Assembly: GCA_965248835.1 (NCBI GenBank)
Contig: CBDFLJ010000002.1
Location: 96,001 to 160,000, forward strand
DNA length: 64,000 nt
Reading direction: 5' to 3'
Origin: Alphaproteobacteria bacterium
GTDB taxonomy: Bacteria > Pseudomonadota > Alphaproteobacteria > MPNO01
Part shown: piece by piece, positions 52,604 through 64,000 of the stretch
Position numbering within the stretch: position 1 is the first letter of the stretch
Layout of the letters: each line of letters starts with the position of its first letter
The notes under the pieces: generated by a model
The model's database searches: none
What the model saw: the letters and a program-made list of their open reading frames with translations, nothing else
What the model was told of the DNA's origin: nothing
Made by a program: the position numbers and the translations under genes

Positions 52604-53859
52604 GACCCAATCCGCGTGTTGCAGCAGCCGGTCGTCGGCACCGACGGGCGCGACGAGCTGGATGCCGACCGGCGCGCCCGTCGGCCCGGAGAACGCCGGC
52701 ACGTTGAGGCACGGGGTGTGCATCAAGGTCCAGACCCGGTTGAAGTTCGAGGCCTGGACGCCGACGAGATCGGTGGTCGGCTCGCCGGGCGCGCTCGGCG
52801 CCAGGATCAGATCGATGCCGGCGAACTTCCGGGCCAGCGCCCGGCGGAAGGTCTCGGCCGTCGCGCATGCGGCATCATAGGCCGCTTCGTCGCAGCGCTC
52901 GCCGAACGCGATTTGATCGCGGATCCACGCGTTGAGCGAATCGCGGTGCCGGGCGACCTCGCTGGCCAGCGCCCGGCCGCCCTCGACGGTCGAGATCACC
53001 TGGAAGGCCTCCTCGATCGCATCGAAGCCTTCCGGCAGGTCGAAGTCGACGACAGCGGCACCGGCAGCGCGCAGGATGCGTTCCGCCTCCTCGATCGCGG
53101 TCCGCGTTGCCGGTTCGGCGACCTCCCAGGCCGGGGTGCAGCACAGGCCGATCCGCGGTGCGGGCTGATCGGCGCCGATCGGCGCCAGCGGACTGCCGGT
53201 GATCGCCGCGCGCGCACGCGCGATGTCGGCCAGGCTGCGGGCGAAGATGCCGATGGTATCGAGCGTGGGGCGGAGGTGGCGCAGCCCGGTGCGCGCGATC
53301 CCGTCAAGGCTCGCCTTGTAGCCGAACACCCCGCAAGACGACGCCGGCATGATCATCGAGCCGCCGGTCTGGCTGCCCAGCGCGATCGGCACCATGTCGT
53401 CGGCCACCGCGGCCGCCGAGCCCGAGGACGAAACCCCGGGGCTGCGCGCCCGATCACGCGGGTTCAGGACGCCGACCGGCACCGGGCTCGCGAACTCGGT
53501 GGTGGTGGTCTTGCCGAGGATCACCGCGCCGGCCGCGCGCAGGGCGGCGACACAGGCTGTGTCGCGTGCCGGCCGGTGGCCTTTGTGGATCGCCGAGCCG
53601 TATTCGGTCGGCATGTCGGCGGTATCGAAAATGTCCTTGATTCCGACCGGGATGCCGCGCAGCAGGCCGCCTTCGGAAGCATCGGCATCGCGCGCCTGGG
53701 CCAGGGCGTGGGCCGGATCGACATGGGTCCAGGCGCCGACCTCGCCGTCGCGCTCGGCGATACGCTCCAGGCAGGCCGCAACCAGGGCTTCGGAAGTGAT
53801 CGCCCCGGCGGCGATCTCCGCTGCCGCTTCGGTCGCATCGAGGGTGTTGAGCGCCCGGC

Positions 53860-53863
<4 letters not shown>
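52580..53863 (-). CDS. Amidase signature family enzyme
   Basis: GIPVGIKD, GKTTTTEF, PGVSSSGSAAAVA, GSQTGGS. GTG start overlaps the ligase stop. Confidence 0.9.
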
Positions 53864-55443
<1,580 letters not shown>

Positions 55444-55452
55444 TGCGCGCAA

Positions 55453-56880
55453 TCAGTTGAAGTGGATGTATTCGAAGGTCTCGGGGTCCTCATGGTTGAT
55501 GCCGCGCGCCGGCGGGGCGACCCAGCCGGCGATCTTGCCCGGCTCGACCACGCGGTGCATCAGGGACAGGACGAAGGCGCGGTCGTCCTCATCGGGCAGC
55601 CAGTCGTCGTGGCTGCGGGTCCACTCGGCTTCGGAAACGATCTTGCCCTTGGGCGAGATCTTGTTGTCGGAGAAGTGACCGATCCGGCGGTGGAAGCCGC
55701 GGTGGGGCAGCTTGAACTGGAAGTCGATGCCGTGCTTCTTGATGTTGCGGTTCCAGCGTGTCATGCCGCGCTTGCAGTCGGCGATGTACTCATCGCGCAG
55801 CCGTTCGTTGACCGCGTTCAGCGCCGGCTGGTCCACGGTGCGGACCGCATCGCCGTCGACCATCTCGACCGGCCAGGTGCCGTCCAGCAGGCGGTGGTCG
55901 TCGTCGATCTGGGTCTCCAGGAACCGGCCCTTGAGGCTCTGGTTGAAGTAGTTCGCGGCGTTGGTCGACAGTTCCTGGCCGAACAGGTCGACCGAGACGC
56001 TGAAGTGGAAGTTCATGAACTTCTGCAGGGTCGGCATGTCGACCGCGCCGGCCGCGCGCACCCGCTCGGGGTCGTCGGTCTTGAGCTCGTTCATCACCTG
56101 GCAGGTACGCTCGATCACCCGTCCGACCCCGGTCTCGCCGATGAACATATGATGGCCTTCCTCGGTCAGCATGAACTGACAGGTCCGCGCCAGCGGGTCG
56201 AAGCCGGACTCCGCGAGCGAGGCGAGCTGGTACTTGCCGTCGCGGTCGGTGAAGTAGGTGAACATGAAGAAGGACAGCCAGTCCGGCGTCTTCTCGTTGA
56301 AGGCGCCGAGGATGCGCGGCTTGTCGGCGTCCCCCGAATGGCGTTCCAGCATCGCCTCGGCCTCCTCGCGGCCGTCGCGGCCGAAATAGGCGTGCAGCAG
56401 ATAGACCATCGCCCACAGATGGCGGCCTTCCTCGACATTGACCTGGAAGATGTTGCGCAGGTCGTAGAGCGACGGCGCGGTCAGGCCGAGCATGCGCTGC
56501 TGCTCGACCGAGGCGGGCTCGGTATCGCCCTGGGTGACGATCAACCGGCGCAGGGTCGAGCGGTACTCGCCCGGCACCTCCTGCCAGACGTCCTCGCCCC
56601 TGTGCTCGCCGAAGCTGATTTTCTTGTCCTCGATCAAGGGGCTGACGAAGATCCCCCAGCGGTAGTCCGGCATCTTGACGAAGTCGTAATGGGCCCAGCC
56701 CTCAGGCTCGACGCTGATCGCGGTGCGCAAATAGATGTCGAAGTTCTTGCTCCCCTCAGGGCCGAGCTCGCGCCACCAGTCGAGGAAGCGCGGCTGCCAG
56801 TTCTCCAGCGCCCGCTGTAGGCGGCGGTTGTCGCCCAGATCGACGTTGTTGGGGATGCGCTCGTTGTAGTTGATCGCCAT
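55453..56880 (-). CDS. boxB: Benzoyl-CoA 2,3-epoxidase subunit BoxB
   Basis: IPNNVDL, VKMPDYRWGI, QGDTEPASVEQQR, NVEEGRHLWAM, TDRDGK, LTEEGHH di-iron motifs. Confidence 0.95.
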   Translation of the reverse strand: MAINYNERIPNNVDLGDNRRLQRALENWQPRFLDWWRELGPEGSKNFDIYLRTAISVEPEGWAHYDFVKMPDYRWGIFVSPLIEDKKISFGEHRGEDVWQEVPGEYRSTLRRLIVTQGDTEPASVEQQRMLGLTAPSLYDLRNIFQVNVEEGRHLWAMVYLLHAYFGRDGREEAEAMLERHSGDADKPRILGAFNEKTPDWLSFFMFTYFTDRDGKYQLASLAESGFDPLARTCQFMLTEEGHHMFIGETGVGRVIERTCQVMNELKTDDPERVRAAGAVDMPTLQKFMNFHFSVSVDLFGQELSTNAANYFNQSLKGRFLETQIDDDHRLLDGTWPVEMVDGDAVRTVDQPALNAVNERLRDEYIADCKRGMTRWNRNIKKHGIDFQFKLPHRGFHRRIGHFSDNKISPKGKIVSEAEWTRSHDDWLPDEDDRAFVLSLMHRVVEPGKIAGWVAPPARGINHEDPETFEYIHFN

Positions 56881-56882
56881 GA

Positions 56883-58574
56883 TCAAACCCTTCGCTTGTC
56901 GAATTGGCTCTTGCGCCCGGAGCCGTAGAGCTTGAGTGCGCCCTGTTCACCGGCCGCGTTGGGCCGCTGGAATATCCAGTTCTGCCAGGCGCTGAGCCGG
57001 CCGAAGATCTTGGTCTCCAGGGTCTCCGGTCCGGCGAAGCGCAGGCTCGCCTCCATGCCGGTCAGCGCATCGGGCGAGAAGCTTGCGCGCTCCTCGATCG
57101 CGATCCGGACCTCGTCTTGCCAGTCGATGTCGTCGGGGGTGAAGGTGACCAGCCCGAGTTCCTCGGCGTCGGCGGCCTCCAGCTTGTCGCCGATGCGCGC
57201 CCGGGCGGTCTCGACCCTGGCCGGCTCGGACAGGAACCGGGATTCCAGCCTGGTGATGCCGCTGGACATGGTCAGCGGGCCGAAGTTCATGCCGGTCAGG
57301 GCGACGGCCGCCACCTCGTTGCCGCCTTCGAAAGTGCCGTCCAGCATGTAAACCCGGTCGGCGGCCAGCATCAGCTCGACCAGCGTGCCGGCAAAGCAGC
57401 TTCCCGGCTCGACCAGGGCGATCAGGCTGCGCGAGGAGACATCGACGCGCTTGAGCACGCGCTTGAGATAGAGCGTGGTCTCGCGCACCAGCCAGTCGCC
57501 TTCATTGTCCAGGAGCGCCTGGTCGGCGGCGGCTATCAGCGCGGAATCGCCGGTCGACTTGAAGACCCAGGTGCCGATCTCCTGCTCGTTCAGCCGGAGT
57601 TCCATGATCGCATCGTCGAGTTCGCGGGCGAGCGCCAGCGGCCAGAAGCCGACCCCCTGGGCGTGGATGTCGGCAATATCGCCCGGCGGTTCCCGATCGG
57701 GCGCGCGGATGGTGATCGTCGCCGTCGAATCGCCGCGGTCGAGCACGACGTCGAGGTGGGAATAGACGATCCGATCGGCCTCGATCGACTTGTCCAGCGC
57801 GGTGAGCGCGATGCCTTTGGCGTCGGCCGGCCGGTCGGACCGGCCGGCGAATTCCTTGGCGCGCTCGGCGACCGTCTCGGCGAAGCGGGAGCGGGGAACC
57901 AGCTCGTCGATCAGCCGCCAGTCGACCGCGCGCTGGCCGCGCATGCCCTCCGACGTGGTGCAGAAGAAATCGGCGTGGTCATGGCGGACCTTGCGCTTGT
58001 CGACCAGCCGGGTGAGCCCGCCGGTCCCCGGCAGTACCGCGAGCAGCGGAAGCTCGGGCAGCGAGACCGTGGACGAGCCGTCGTCGATCAGCATGATGTA
58101 GTCGCAAGCCAGGGCGAGCTCGTAGCCGCCGCCGGCCGCGGTTCCGTTGATCGCGCAGATATAGGTCTGGTGCGAGTTCCCGGTGGCGTCCTCGATGCCG
58201 TTGCGGGTCTCGTTGGTGAACTTGCAGAAATTGACCTTGTGAGCGTGGCTCGACCGGCCCAGCATGTTGATGTTGGCCCCGGCGCAGAAGACCCGCGGTT
58301 TGTCCGAGGTCACGACCACGCAGCCGACCTCCGGGTGCTCGAACCGGAGCCGCTGGATCGCATCGTAGAGCTCGATGTCGACGCCGAGATCGTAGGAGTT
58401 GAGCTTCAGCGCGTAGCCCGGCATCAGCGTCGCGTCTTCGTCGACGTCCATGGCAAGGCGCGCGACGCTGCCCTCGACGGTGAGCTTCCAATGGCGGTAC
58501 CGATCCGGGCTGGTCTGGATGTCGATCCGTCCCGCGCCTTCGGCCTGCGTGACGTCTTGTGCCGTTTCCGCCAT
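56883..58574 (-). CDS. boxC: 2,3-epoxybenzoyl-CoA dihydrolase BoxC
   Basis: YRHWKL, LKLNSYDLGVDIEL, KVNFCKFTNETRN, IFGRLSAWQNWIFQRPNA. Confidence 0.95.
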   Translation of the reverse strand: MAETAQDVTQAEGAGRIDIQTSPDRYRHWKLTVEGSVARLAMDVDEDATLMPGYALKLNSYDLGVDIELYDAIQRLRFEHPEVGCVVVTSDKPRVFCAGANINMLGRSSHAHKVNFCKFTNETRNGIEDATGNSHQTYICAINGTAAGGGYELALACDYIMLIDDGSSTVSLPELPLLAVLPGTGGLTRLVDKRKVRHDHADFFCTTSEGMRGQRAVDWRLIDELVPRSRFAETVAERAKEFAGRSDRPADAKGIALTALDKSIEADRIVYSHLDVVLDRGDSTATITIRAPDREPPGDIADIHAQGVGFWPLALARELDDAIMELRLNEQEIGTWVFKSTGDSALIAAADQALLDNEGDWLVRETTLYLKRVLKRVDVSSRSLIALVEPGSCFAGTLVELMLAADRVYMLDGTFEGGNEVAAVALTGMNFGPLTMSSGITRLESRFLSEPARVETARARIGDKLEAADAEELGLVTFTPDDIDWQDEVRIAIEERASFSPDALTGMEASLRFAGPETLETKIFGRLSAWQNWIFQRPNAAGEQGALKLYGSGRKSQFDKRRV

Positions 58575-58633
58575 CTCCGTTCTCCAAAGCCCAGCCTCTC
58601 GGGAGCCGCGGCAACCGGCCGCGCCGAACCCGC

Positions 58634-58685
58634 ATTCTTTTTAGGTTTATAATTGTTTTTATGTCAACAATATGATTCTCAACCA
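58634..58685. promoter_or_regulatory. AT-rich divergent promoter/operator region upstream of boxC
   Basis: ATTCTTTTTAGGTTTATAATTGTTTTTATGTCAACAATATGATTC stands out in a GC-rich context and contains TTGACA on the minus strand. Confidence 0.5.
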
Positions 58686-58757
58686 ATCCCGGCTTGAGGA
58701 CCTCCAGCCGCGCAATGTACCCTGTCCGGCGTGCAAATCGTAGGGCTGTCGAAGACC

Positions 58758-60335
58758 ATGCCGCAATCCGAAGCGCCGATGTCCGCCGCGCCCGACCAGC
58801 CCGTCGAGCACGTCCTGCTGGCATGGCTGGAGCGCAACGCGGCGCGGCATCCGGATAAGGTCTTCGTGCATTCGATCGATCAGGACAAGGCGATCACCTA
58901 TCGCCAGGCGCGGCTTGCGGTGGGCCGCCTGGCCTGCGAAATGGCTGCGCGCGGCCTCGGTGCCAACGACCGCGTAGTCCTGCTGGCGAACAACTCGATC
59001 GAGCATCTGATGGCCTATCTCGGCGTGATGGTCCACGGCGCGACGGTCTGCACGGTCCATGTCGAGATGAACGCGGCGTATTTCGAAGACATCCTGGGCT
59101 CGCTCGATGCCCGGCTGGTGCTGTTCGAGGAAGGGCTGGGCCTGGAGCGGCTCAAAGGCACGGCGGGCGGGGAATGGATCCCTCTGGGCGACTGGCGGCC
59201 CGACCGGGGCGCGGGGTTGTTTGCCGATATCGCGCGCCACGCAGAGGCGGGACCGTTCCGGCCGCTCAATGGCTATGGCGATATCGCGTCGATCTTCTAC
59301 ACATCGGGCACGGCGGCCAGGCCAAAGGGCGTTGTGTGCACCTTCGCCGAGCTGATCGACAACATCGAGCCTACCGCCGATGCGTTCGGCATCACCGGGC
59401 GCGACCGCGTGCTCGACTTCCGGTCCTACAACTGGATGTCTGCGCAGGTCCTGAGCTTCCTCGGCGTGCTGTGCAGGGGCGCGACGCTGTTCATGGCCCG
59501 CAAGTTTTCCCAAAGCCGTTATTTCGACTGGATCCGCGACTTCGAGATCTCCGTCGGCGTGTGCAATCCCACGGCCATCAACATGTTCATCAACCGGCCG
59601 ATCGCGGTCACCGGCGCCGATGTGCCGCATCTCCGCTTTCTCACCTCGAGCTCGGCGCCCCTGATGGTCGCCGACTGGAAGGCCTTCGAGGAGATGTATG
59701 CGATCCCCGTCGCCCAGGGCTACGGCTCGTCGGAGACCGGCTGGATCGCCGGCTCGAACGAGCACACCCGCCGGATGGGGACGGTGGGCAAGCCGCATGC
59801 CTATCAGAACCTCGCCGTGGTCGACGATGCCGGCCGGCCGCTGCCGCCGGGCGAGATCGGCGCGATCGAGCTCGGCCGCGCGCCGGACAACGCGTTCCGC
59901 TACCTGGCCGAGGACGGGACGTTCCGCGTCAATGCCAGGGGTCGGGCCAGGACCGGCGATCTCGGCTATCTCGATGCGGACGGGTATCTCCACGTCACCG
60001 GCCGGACCAAGGACCTGATCATCCGCGGCGGGGTCAACATCGCGCCCACCGAGATCGACAATCTGGTGCTCGGCATGCCCGAGGTCGCCGAGGCCGCCGC
60101 CGTGGGTGTCCCCGACAAGATCTACGGCGAGGAGGTCGTGGTCTATGTCGCCGCCAAGCCCGGCGTCGCGCTGACCGGCGAAGCGGTGCTCGCCCATTGC
60201 GGTGCTGCCCTGCCGCGCGCCAAGATGCCCAAGGAAGTCGTCTTCCGCGACGCGCTGCCCAAGACCGAGCGCGGCAAGTTGGACCGCAACGCGCTTGCCG
60301 CCGACTGGCGGGCGCACCATGCCGAACAGCCCTGA
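58758..60335 (+). CDS. Class I adenylate-forming enzyme (acyl-CoA synthetase)
   Basis: YTSGTAARPKG, GYGSSETG, RTGDLG, GRTKDLIIRGG, LPKTERGK. Confidence 0.9.
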   Translation: MPQSEAPMSAAPDQPVEHVLLAWLERNAARHPDKVFVHSIDQDKAITYRQARLAVGRLACEMAARGLGANDRVVLLANNSIEHLMAYLGVMVHGATVCTVHVEMNAAYFEDILGSLDARLVLFEEGLGLERLKGTAGGEWIPLGDWRPDRGAGLFADIARHAEAGPFRPLNGYGDIASIFYTSGTAARPKGVVCTFAELIDNIEPTADAFGITGRDRVLDFRSYNWMSAQVLSFLGVLCRGATLFMARKFSQSRYFDWIRDFEISVGVCNPTAINMFINRPIAVTGADVPHLRFLTSSSAPLMVADWKAFEEMYAIPVAQGYGSSETGWIAGSNEHTRRMGTVGKPHAYQNLAVVDDAGRPLPPGEIGAIELGRAPDNAFRYLAEDGTFRVNARGRARTGDLGYLDADGYLHVTGRTKDLIIRGGVNIAPTEIDNLVLGMPEVAEAAAVGVPDKIYGEEVVVYVAAKPGVALTGEAVLAHCGAALPRAKMPKEVVFRDALPKTERGKLDRNALAADWRAHHAEQP

Positions 60336-60349
60336 GACGGAGAACCGCA

Positions 60350-60790
60350 ATGCCAGAGACCGCAACCGCTTCCGGCCGCGTCCGGGCACCCCAGACCTTC
60401 CGCTACGAGAAGCCTCGGGACCAATCCTCCGACAAGGCGATCGTATCCCTGTGCCAGACCGACATCATCCGCGGCGCGGTCCAGGTGGTGCGCGAGGGCG
60501 GCGACAACAACCTCCATTCCCACACCGGGATGGACGGGTTCTGGATGGTGCTCAAGGGCCGGGTGCGCTGGTGGGGCCCCGGCGAGGAGGTGCTGGGCGA
60601 GTTCGGTGTGCACGAAGGGATCGTGATGCCGAGGAATTCCCAGTACTGGTTCGAATCGATCGGCGAGGAGCCGCTGGAACTGCTCCAGGTGGTTGCCTTC
60701 GACCGCTCGGTGAGGAATCAGCGGATCGATGTCGATGCCCGGAAATTCGACATCGACGCCACCCAGCGCTTCAGCGGCCGGGCGTCGTAA
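60350..60790 (+). CDS. Cupin domain protein
   Basis: GGDNNLHSHTGMDGFWMVLKG...MPRNSQYWFES; GGAG RBS. Confidence 0.85.
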   Translation: MPETATASGRVRAPQTFRYEKPRDQSSDKAIVSLCQTDIIRGAVQVVREGGDNNLHSHTGMDGFWMVLKGRVRWWGPGEEVLGEFGVHEGIVMPRNSQYWFESIGEEPLELLQVVAFDRSVRNQRIDVDARKFDIDATQRFSGRAS

Positions 60791-60921
60791 ATCCGCGTCC
60801 GGACCGTCGGATCATCCGACAGTGGTTGCGCCGCCAGGTTGCAGGATCGCGTCAAATTCTTGCTCCGGCCGGCCGGGACCGCCATCATGGCGCCTTCGGT
60901 CGATCAGCCGGGAGACCAGGC

Positions 60922-61779
60922 GTGGCGCCATTCCAGACCAGACCTCTGTCGGATGCCCTGGGGGCCGAGATCGTCGGGCTGGACATCCTGGCCCCGATCG
61001 ATGCCGAGACCGCGGCGGCGCTGCGCGAGGCGTGGACCAGGCATATCGTCTTGCTGGTCCGTGCCCCGGAGCTCTCGCAGGACGACCAGCTTCGCTTCGC
61101 CCAATGCTTCGGCGAGGTCGGCCGGCGCCCGCGCCCGGCCGCGGAACGGCCGGAGGATGCCCAGAGCGTCCACCCGGCGATGATGCTGATCTCGAACGTG
61201 CGGGTCGACGGCAAGCCGATCGGCTCGCTGCCCGACGGCGAGATGTACTTCCACCACGACACCATCTTCAAAGCCCAGCCCAACCGCGGCACCATGCTCT
61301 ACGCGATCGAGATCCCGAGCGTCGGCGGCAACACCAGGTTCGCCAATCTCTACAAGGCCTATGACGCGCTGCCCGAACGTATCAAGTCGCGGATCGCCGG
61401 GCGCAAGGCCCATCACGTCTACGACTACGTCGTCTACAACAGCCGCGAGGGCAAGGGCCGGCACGCCACGACCGTCGACGGCTATTCCCACCCTGTCGCG
61501 ATCACCCATCCGGCCAGCGGCCGCAAGGCGCTCTATGTCGACCGGCTGATGACCATGCGGATCGAGGGCCTGCCCGAGGACGAAAGCGATGCGCTGCTGG
61601 CGGAGATGTTCGACATCGCCGAGCGCGAGGACCTCGTCTACGAGCACGCCTGGACGCCGGGCGACCTGTTGATCTGGGACAATCTGTGCTCGGCCCACGC
61701 CCGCACCGACTTCTCCTCCGGTGAACGGCGGCTGCTGCGCCGCTGCCAGATGGCTTCGCAGACCGTCCCCGTGGAGTAG
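60922..61779 (+). CDS. TauD/TfdA family Fe(II)/2-oxoglutarate dioxygenase
   Basis: LGAEIVGLD, FHHDT (HxD), GGNTRFAN, WTPGDLLIWDNLCSAHAR. Confidence 0.92.
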   Translation: MAPFQTRPLSDALGAEIVGLDILAPIDAETAAALREAWTRHIVLLVRAPELSQDDQLRFAQCFGEVGRRPRPAAERPEDAQSVHPAMMLISNVRVDGKPIGSLPDGEMYFHHDTIFKAQPNRGTMLYAIEIPSVGGNTRFANLYKAYDALPERIKSRIAGRKAHHVYDYVVYNSREGKGRHATTVDGYSHPVAITHPASGRKALYVDRLMTMRIEGLPEDESDALLAEMFDIAEREDLVYEHAWTPGDLLIWDNLCSAHARTDFSSGERRLLRRCQMASQTVPVE

Positions 61780-61787
61780 GCCACGGC

Positions 61788-62555
61788 TCAGGCCCCGGTC
61801 GGATTCTCGTGCAGCGAGCGCCGTGACAGAAGCGGATGGCCGGCCGCTTCGGCCCGGGCGAGGCCGCGGCAGTAGTAGTCGTAGAGCGGGCTGCCGCGGC
61901 CCTTGCTCTTGACGTCGGCCGATTTGCGCTGCGCCTCCGCCGCGTCCGGCCACGACCAGTCGTAGCCCGATCCGTTGGCGGCGAGCACTTGGCTGCAATT
62001 GTGCTCCAGCTCGATGCCCGTGAGCACGAGATCGACCGCGTCGACGCCGCAGAACGCGACCCCGTGATTGCGCATGAACACCGCCGGCGCCCGGCCCAGC
62101 GCCGCGGCGAGCGCGCGGCCCTCGTCGCGGCGCACGATCAGCTCCGATGAACCTTCGTAGCGCGGCGGCGCGCCGGTTATGGTTACCTTGATCGGCTTCA
62201 GCGGCTCGGGGATCGCCGAATAGATCACCGCGTTGAACGGATGGGTGTGGGCGGTGAAGTGGATATCCGGCCGCGCCAGCAGGATCTCGCCATGAATCGG
62301 CCATTCGCTGTGGCTGCGGCCCTCGCCCGCCAGCACCGCGCCGTCGAAGCTCAGCAGCAGGAAGTCGCGGTGGTCCCAGACCTCGCCCAGGCCGATCATG
62401 TGGCGCTTCATCCAGAAGCCGCGCCCCAGCGGGTCGCGCATCGCGACATGGCCGAAGATCTTGTCGCCGTGGCCGTTGAGTTCGAGGATGCGGCAGGCCC
62501 GGGCCGCCTCGTCCAGCGCCTCGGTGATCTCGGGCTCGTTCGTCCGGTCGGTCAT
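61788..62555 (-). CDS. Class II aldolase/adducin family protein
   Basis: GHVAMRDP, HSEWPIHGEI..ARPD, HTHP, MRNHG. Confidence 0.88.
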   Translation of the reverse strand: MTDRTNEPEITEALDEAARACRILELNGHGDKIFGHVAMRDPLGRGFWMKRHMIGLGEVWDHRDFLLLSFDGAVLAGEGRSHSEWPIHGEILLARPDIHFTAHTHPFNAVIYSAIPEPLKPIKVTITGAPPRYEGSSELIVRRDEGRALAAALGRAPAVFMRNHGVAFCGVDAVDLVLTGIELEHNCSQVLAANGSGYDWSWPDAAEAQRKSADVKSKGRGSPLYDYYCRGLARAEAAGHPLLSRRSLHENPTGA

Positions 62556-62566
62556 CGCTTGCTCCC

Positions 62567-63376
62567 TTATTTCCGCGACCACGGCGTCACCGGCTTCTCG
62601 ACCGCGATCCCCTCCACGCTGATCGCATCCACGTTCTCGCCGTAGAAGCACATCAGGTCCCTTATCTTCGGGCATTCGGAGATCGGGTCGGGATAGGACC
62701 AGACGATGTCCTCGAACGTCTCGCCGTCGATCTCGGCCGACCAGTAGACCGCCTCGCCCTTGTAAGGGCAGCGCGTGCGGCTGTCGCTCGGCCTCAGCAG
62801 GTCCATCCGGACATCCTCGCGCAGCAGGTAGTAGCGGACCGGCAAACCGGTCTCGAACAGGAAATGTGCGCGCGTGCTCTCGGCAACCGTGCGGCCGCCC
62901 AGCCTCACCTGCACCGCGCGGGAGGACGCGATGGTGTCGATCCGCTTGTAGGGATCGCGCGCATGGACGAAGACCTCCTCGTCCTCTTCGTACCAGCGGT
63001 CGAGCCTGCCCCAGTAGAACGCGCCGTGACCGGCCATGTCGGGGTGTTCGTCGAACGGGGTCTCGTAACTCCACATGATGTTCTCTTCGCACCGCTCGCC
63101 GACGCCGATCGACCAATAGGACGCATCGCCCTTGTAGGGACAGTGGGTGCTGTGGTCGGTCCGGCTCATCAGCTCCATCCGCACGTCCTCCAGCGGAAAG
63201 TAGTAGACCGGCAGGTGGCGGCTCTCGTGCATCAGCTTCATGCGGGCCGAATCCGCGACGGTCTCGCCGTTGAACACCACCCGGACCCGGCGCGGGCTGG
63301 GCTCCAGGGTGATTCGATGGCCGGGGTTCCTGGCATAGCCCGGTGCCCGGCCGGCGGTCCTGACCTGCGCCATCAT
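62567..63376 (-). CDS. Tandem DUF427 (NTP_transf_9) protein
   Basis: Two repeats of VA.S...ET/ES.LP.YY...CPYKG.A.YWS...WSY..P. Confidence 0.9.
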   Translation of the reverse strand: MMAQVRTAGRAPGYARNPGHRITLEPSPRRVRVVFNGETVADSARMKLMHESRHLPVYYFPLEDVRMELMSRTDHSTHCPYKGDASYWSIGVGERCEENIMWSYETPFDEHPDMAGHGAFYWGRLDRWYEEDEEVFVHARDPYKRIDTIASSRAVQVRLGGRTVAESTRAHFLFETGLPVRYYLLREDVRMDLLRPSDSRTRCPYKGEAVYWSAEIDGETFEDIVWSYPDPISECPKIRDLMCFYGENVDAISVEGIAVEKPVTPWSRK

Positions 63377-63497
63377 CCCTCTCCCCTTGCTTCGACCGGC
63401 CGGAGTCTCACCGCTTGAACCCGGCCGCGCAAGCGCGATTGCCGCGGTGTCCGGCCGGACCTAACATCGGCGTCGAGCGGCATTGAGGAGCTCGTCG

Positions 63498-64000
63498 ATG
63501 GCCAGCGTCTTGAGAGAGGGCACCGTGGCGGCGAACGCGCCCGACATGGAGACCTACCGGCTGCGCCGCTTCATCGAGCAGCTTGTCGAAATGGACTTGG
63601 CCGAGATCCACGAGGACCCGATCGATCTGATCGACCTCGCCCGCGTGCTCGACGGCAACCCGAAGGCGGTGCTGTTCAAGAACGCCGGATCCGAAGGGGC
63701 CGAACTGGTCGGCGGTGTGACCGGCAGCCGGGCGCGGATCGCGGCCGCGTTCGGTGTCGCGCCGGGCGCGTTGCTCCAGACGGTGCGCAGTCGGCTCGCC
63801 CAGCCGCAGCCTCTGGTCGAGGTCGCGAGCGTCGAGGCACCGGTCCACGCGGTGATCCTGCGCGGCGAGGAGGCCGATCTGACGCGCCTGCCCGTCCATG
63901 TGCAGCACGAACGCGACGGCGGACCCTATATCTCGTCCTCGCTCGACCATGTGGTCGATCCCGAGACCGGCCTGACCAATCTCGGCTGCCGCCGGATGAT
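63498..64000 (+). CDS. Second UbiD family decarboxylase (5' part; runs off the window)
   Basis: Hand translation: ...YRLRRFIEQL...KAVLFKNAG...ADLTRLPVHVQHERDGGPYISS...TNLGCRRM; GAGGAG RBS. Confidence 0.85.
   Translation, partial: MASVLREGTVAANAPDMETYRLRRFIEQLVEMDLAEIHEDPIDLIDLARVLDGNPKAVLFKNAGSEGAELVGGVTGSRARIAAAFGVAPGALLQTVRSRLAQPQPLVEVASVEAPVHAVILRGEEADLTRLPVHVQHERDGGPYISSSLDHVVDPETGLTNLGCRRM

Overview
This is a high-GC alphaproteobacterial chromosomal segment; the Rhodospirillales-like assignment is inferred from the rplU-rpmA-obgE-proBA-nadD-rsfS-rlmH-envC-ctpA-rppH / atpHAGDC gene order. It has five blocks. (1) 1-11.7 kb: a sphingolipid/ceramide locus (FAAL-cerR-acp-spt, bCerS, fatty-acid hydroxylase, ceramide-kinase-like and cytidylyltransferase-like genes, NTP transferase) with its own LptF/LptG pair. 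(2) 12.3-18.4 kb: a decayed mosaic island next to tRNA-Ser(CGA), containing prophage scraps, a nuclease-like gene, pseudogenes, a probably inactive IS3 and a perfect 20-bp hairpin. (3) 18.6-32.3 kb: housekeeping genes and the F1 ATP synthase operon. (4) 32.4-44.6 kb: the best candidate for an undescribed system. It links an atypical glutamine synthetase III and an Amt channel (no PII gene) to a partner-switching set (RsbW-like kinase, HAMP-PP2C phosphatase, two STAS proteins, GPP34 protein) and to an amino-acid ABC membrane module with no ATPase and eroded EAA coupling loops. (5) 44.7-64 kb: aromatic catabolism (two UbiD, flavin monooxygenase, boxC-boxB-benzoate-CoA ligase-amidase, acyl-CoA ligase-cupin-TauD). 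All family calls come from reading motifs and from recall of the families; no database searches were run.
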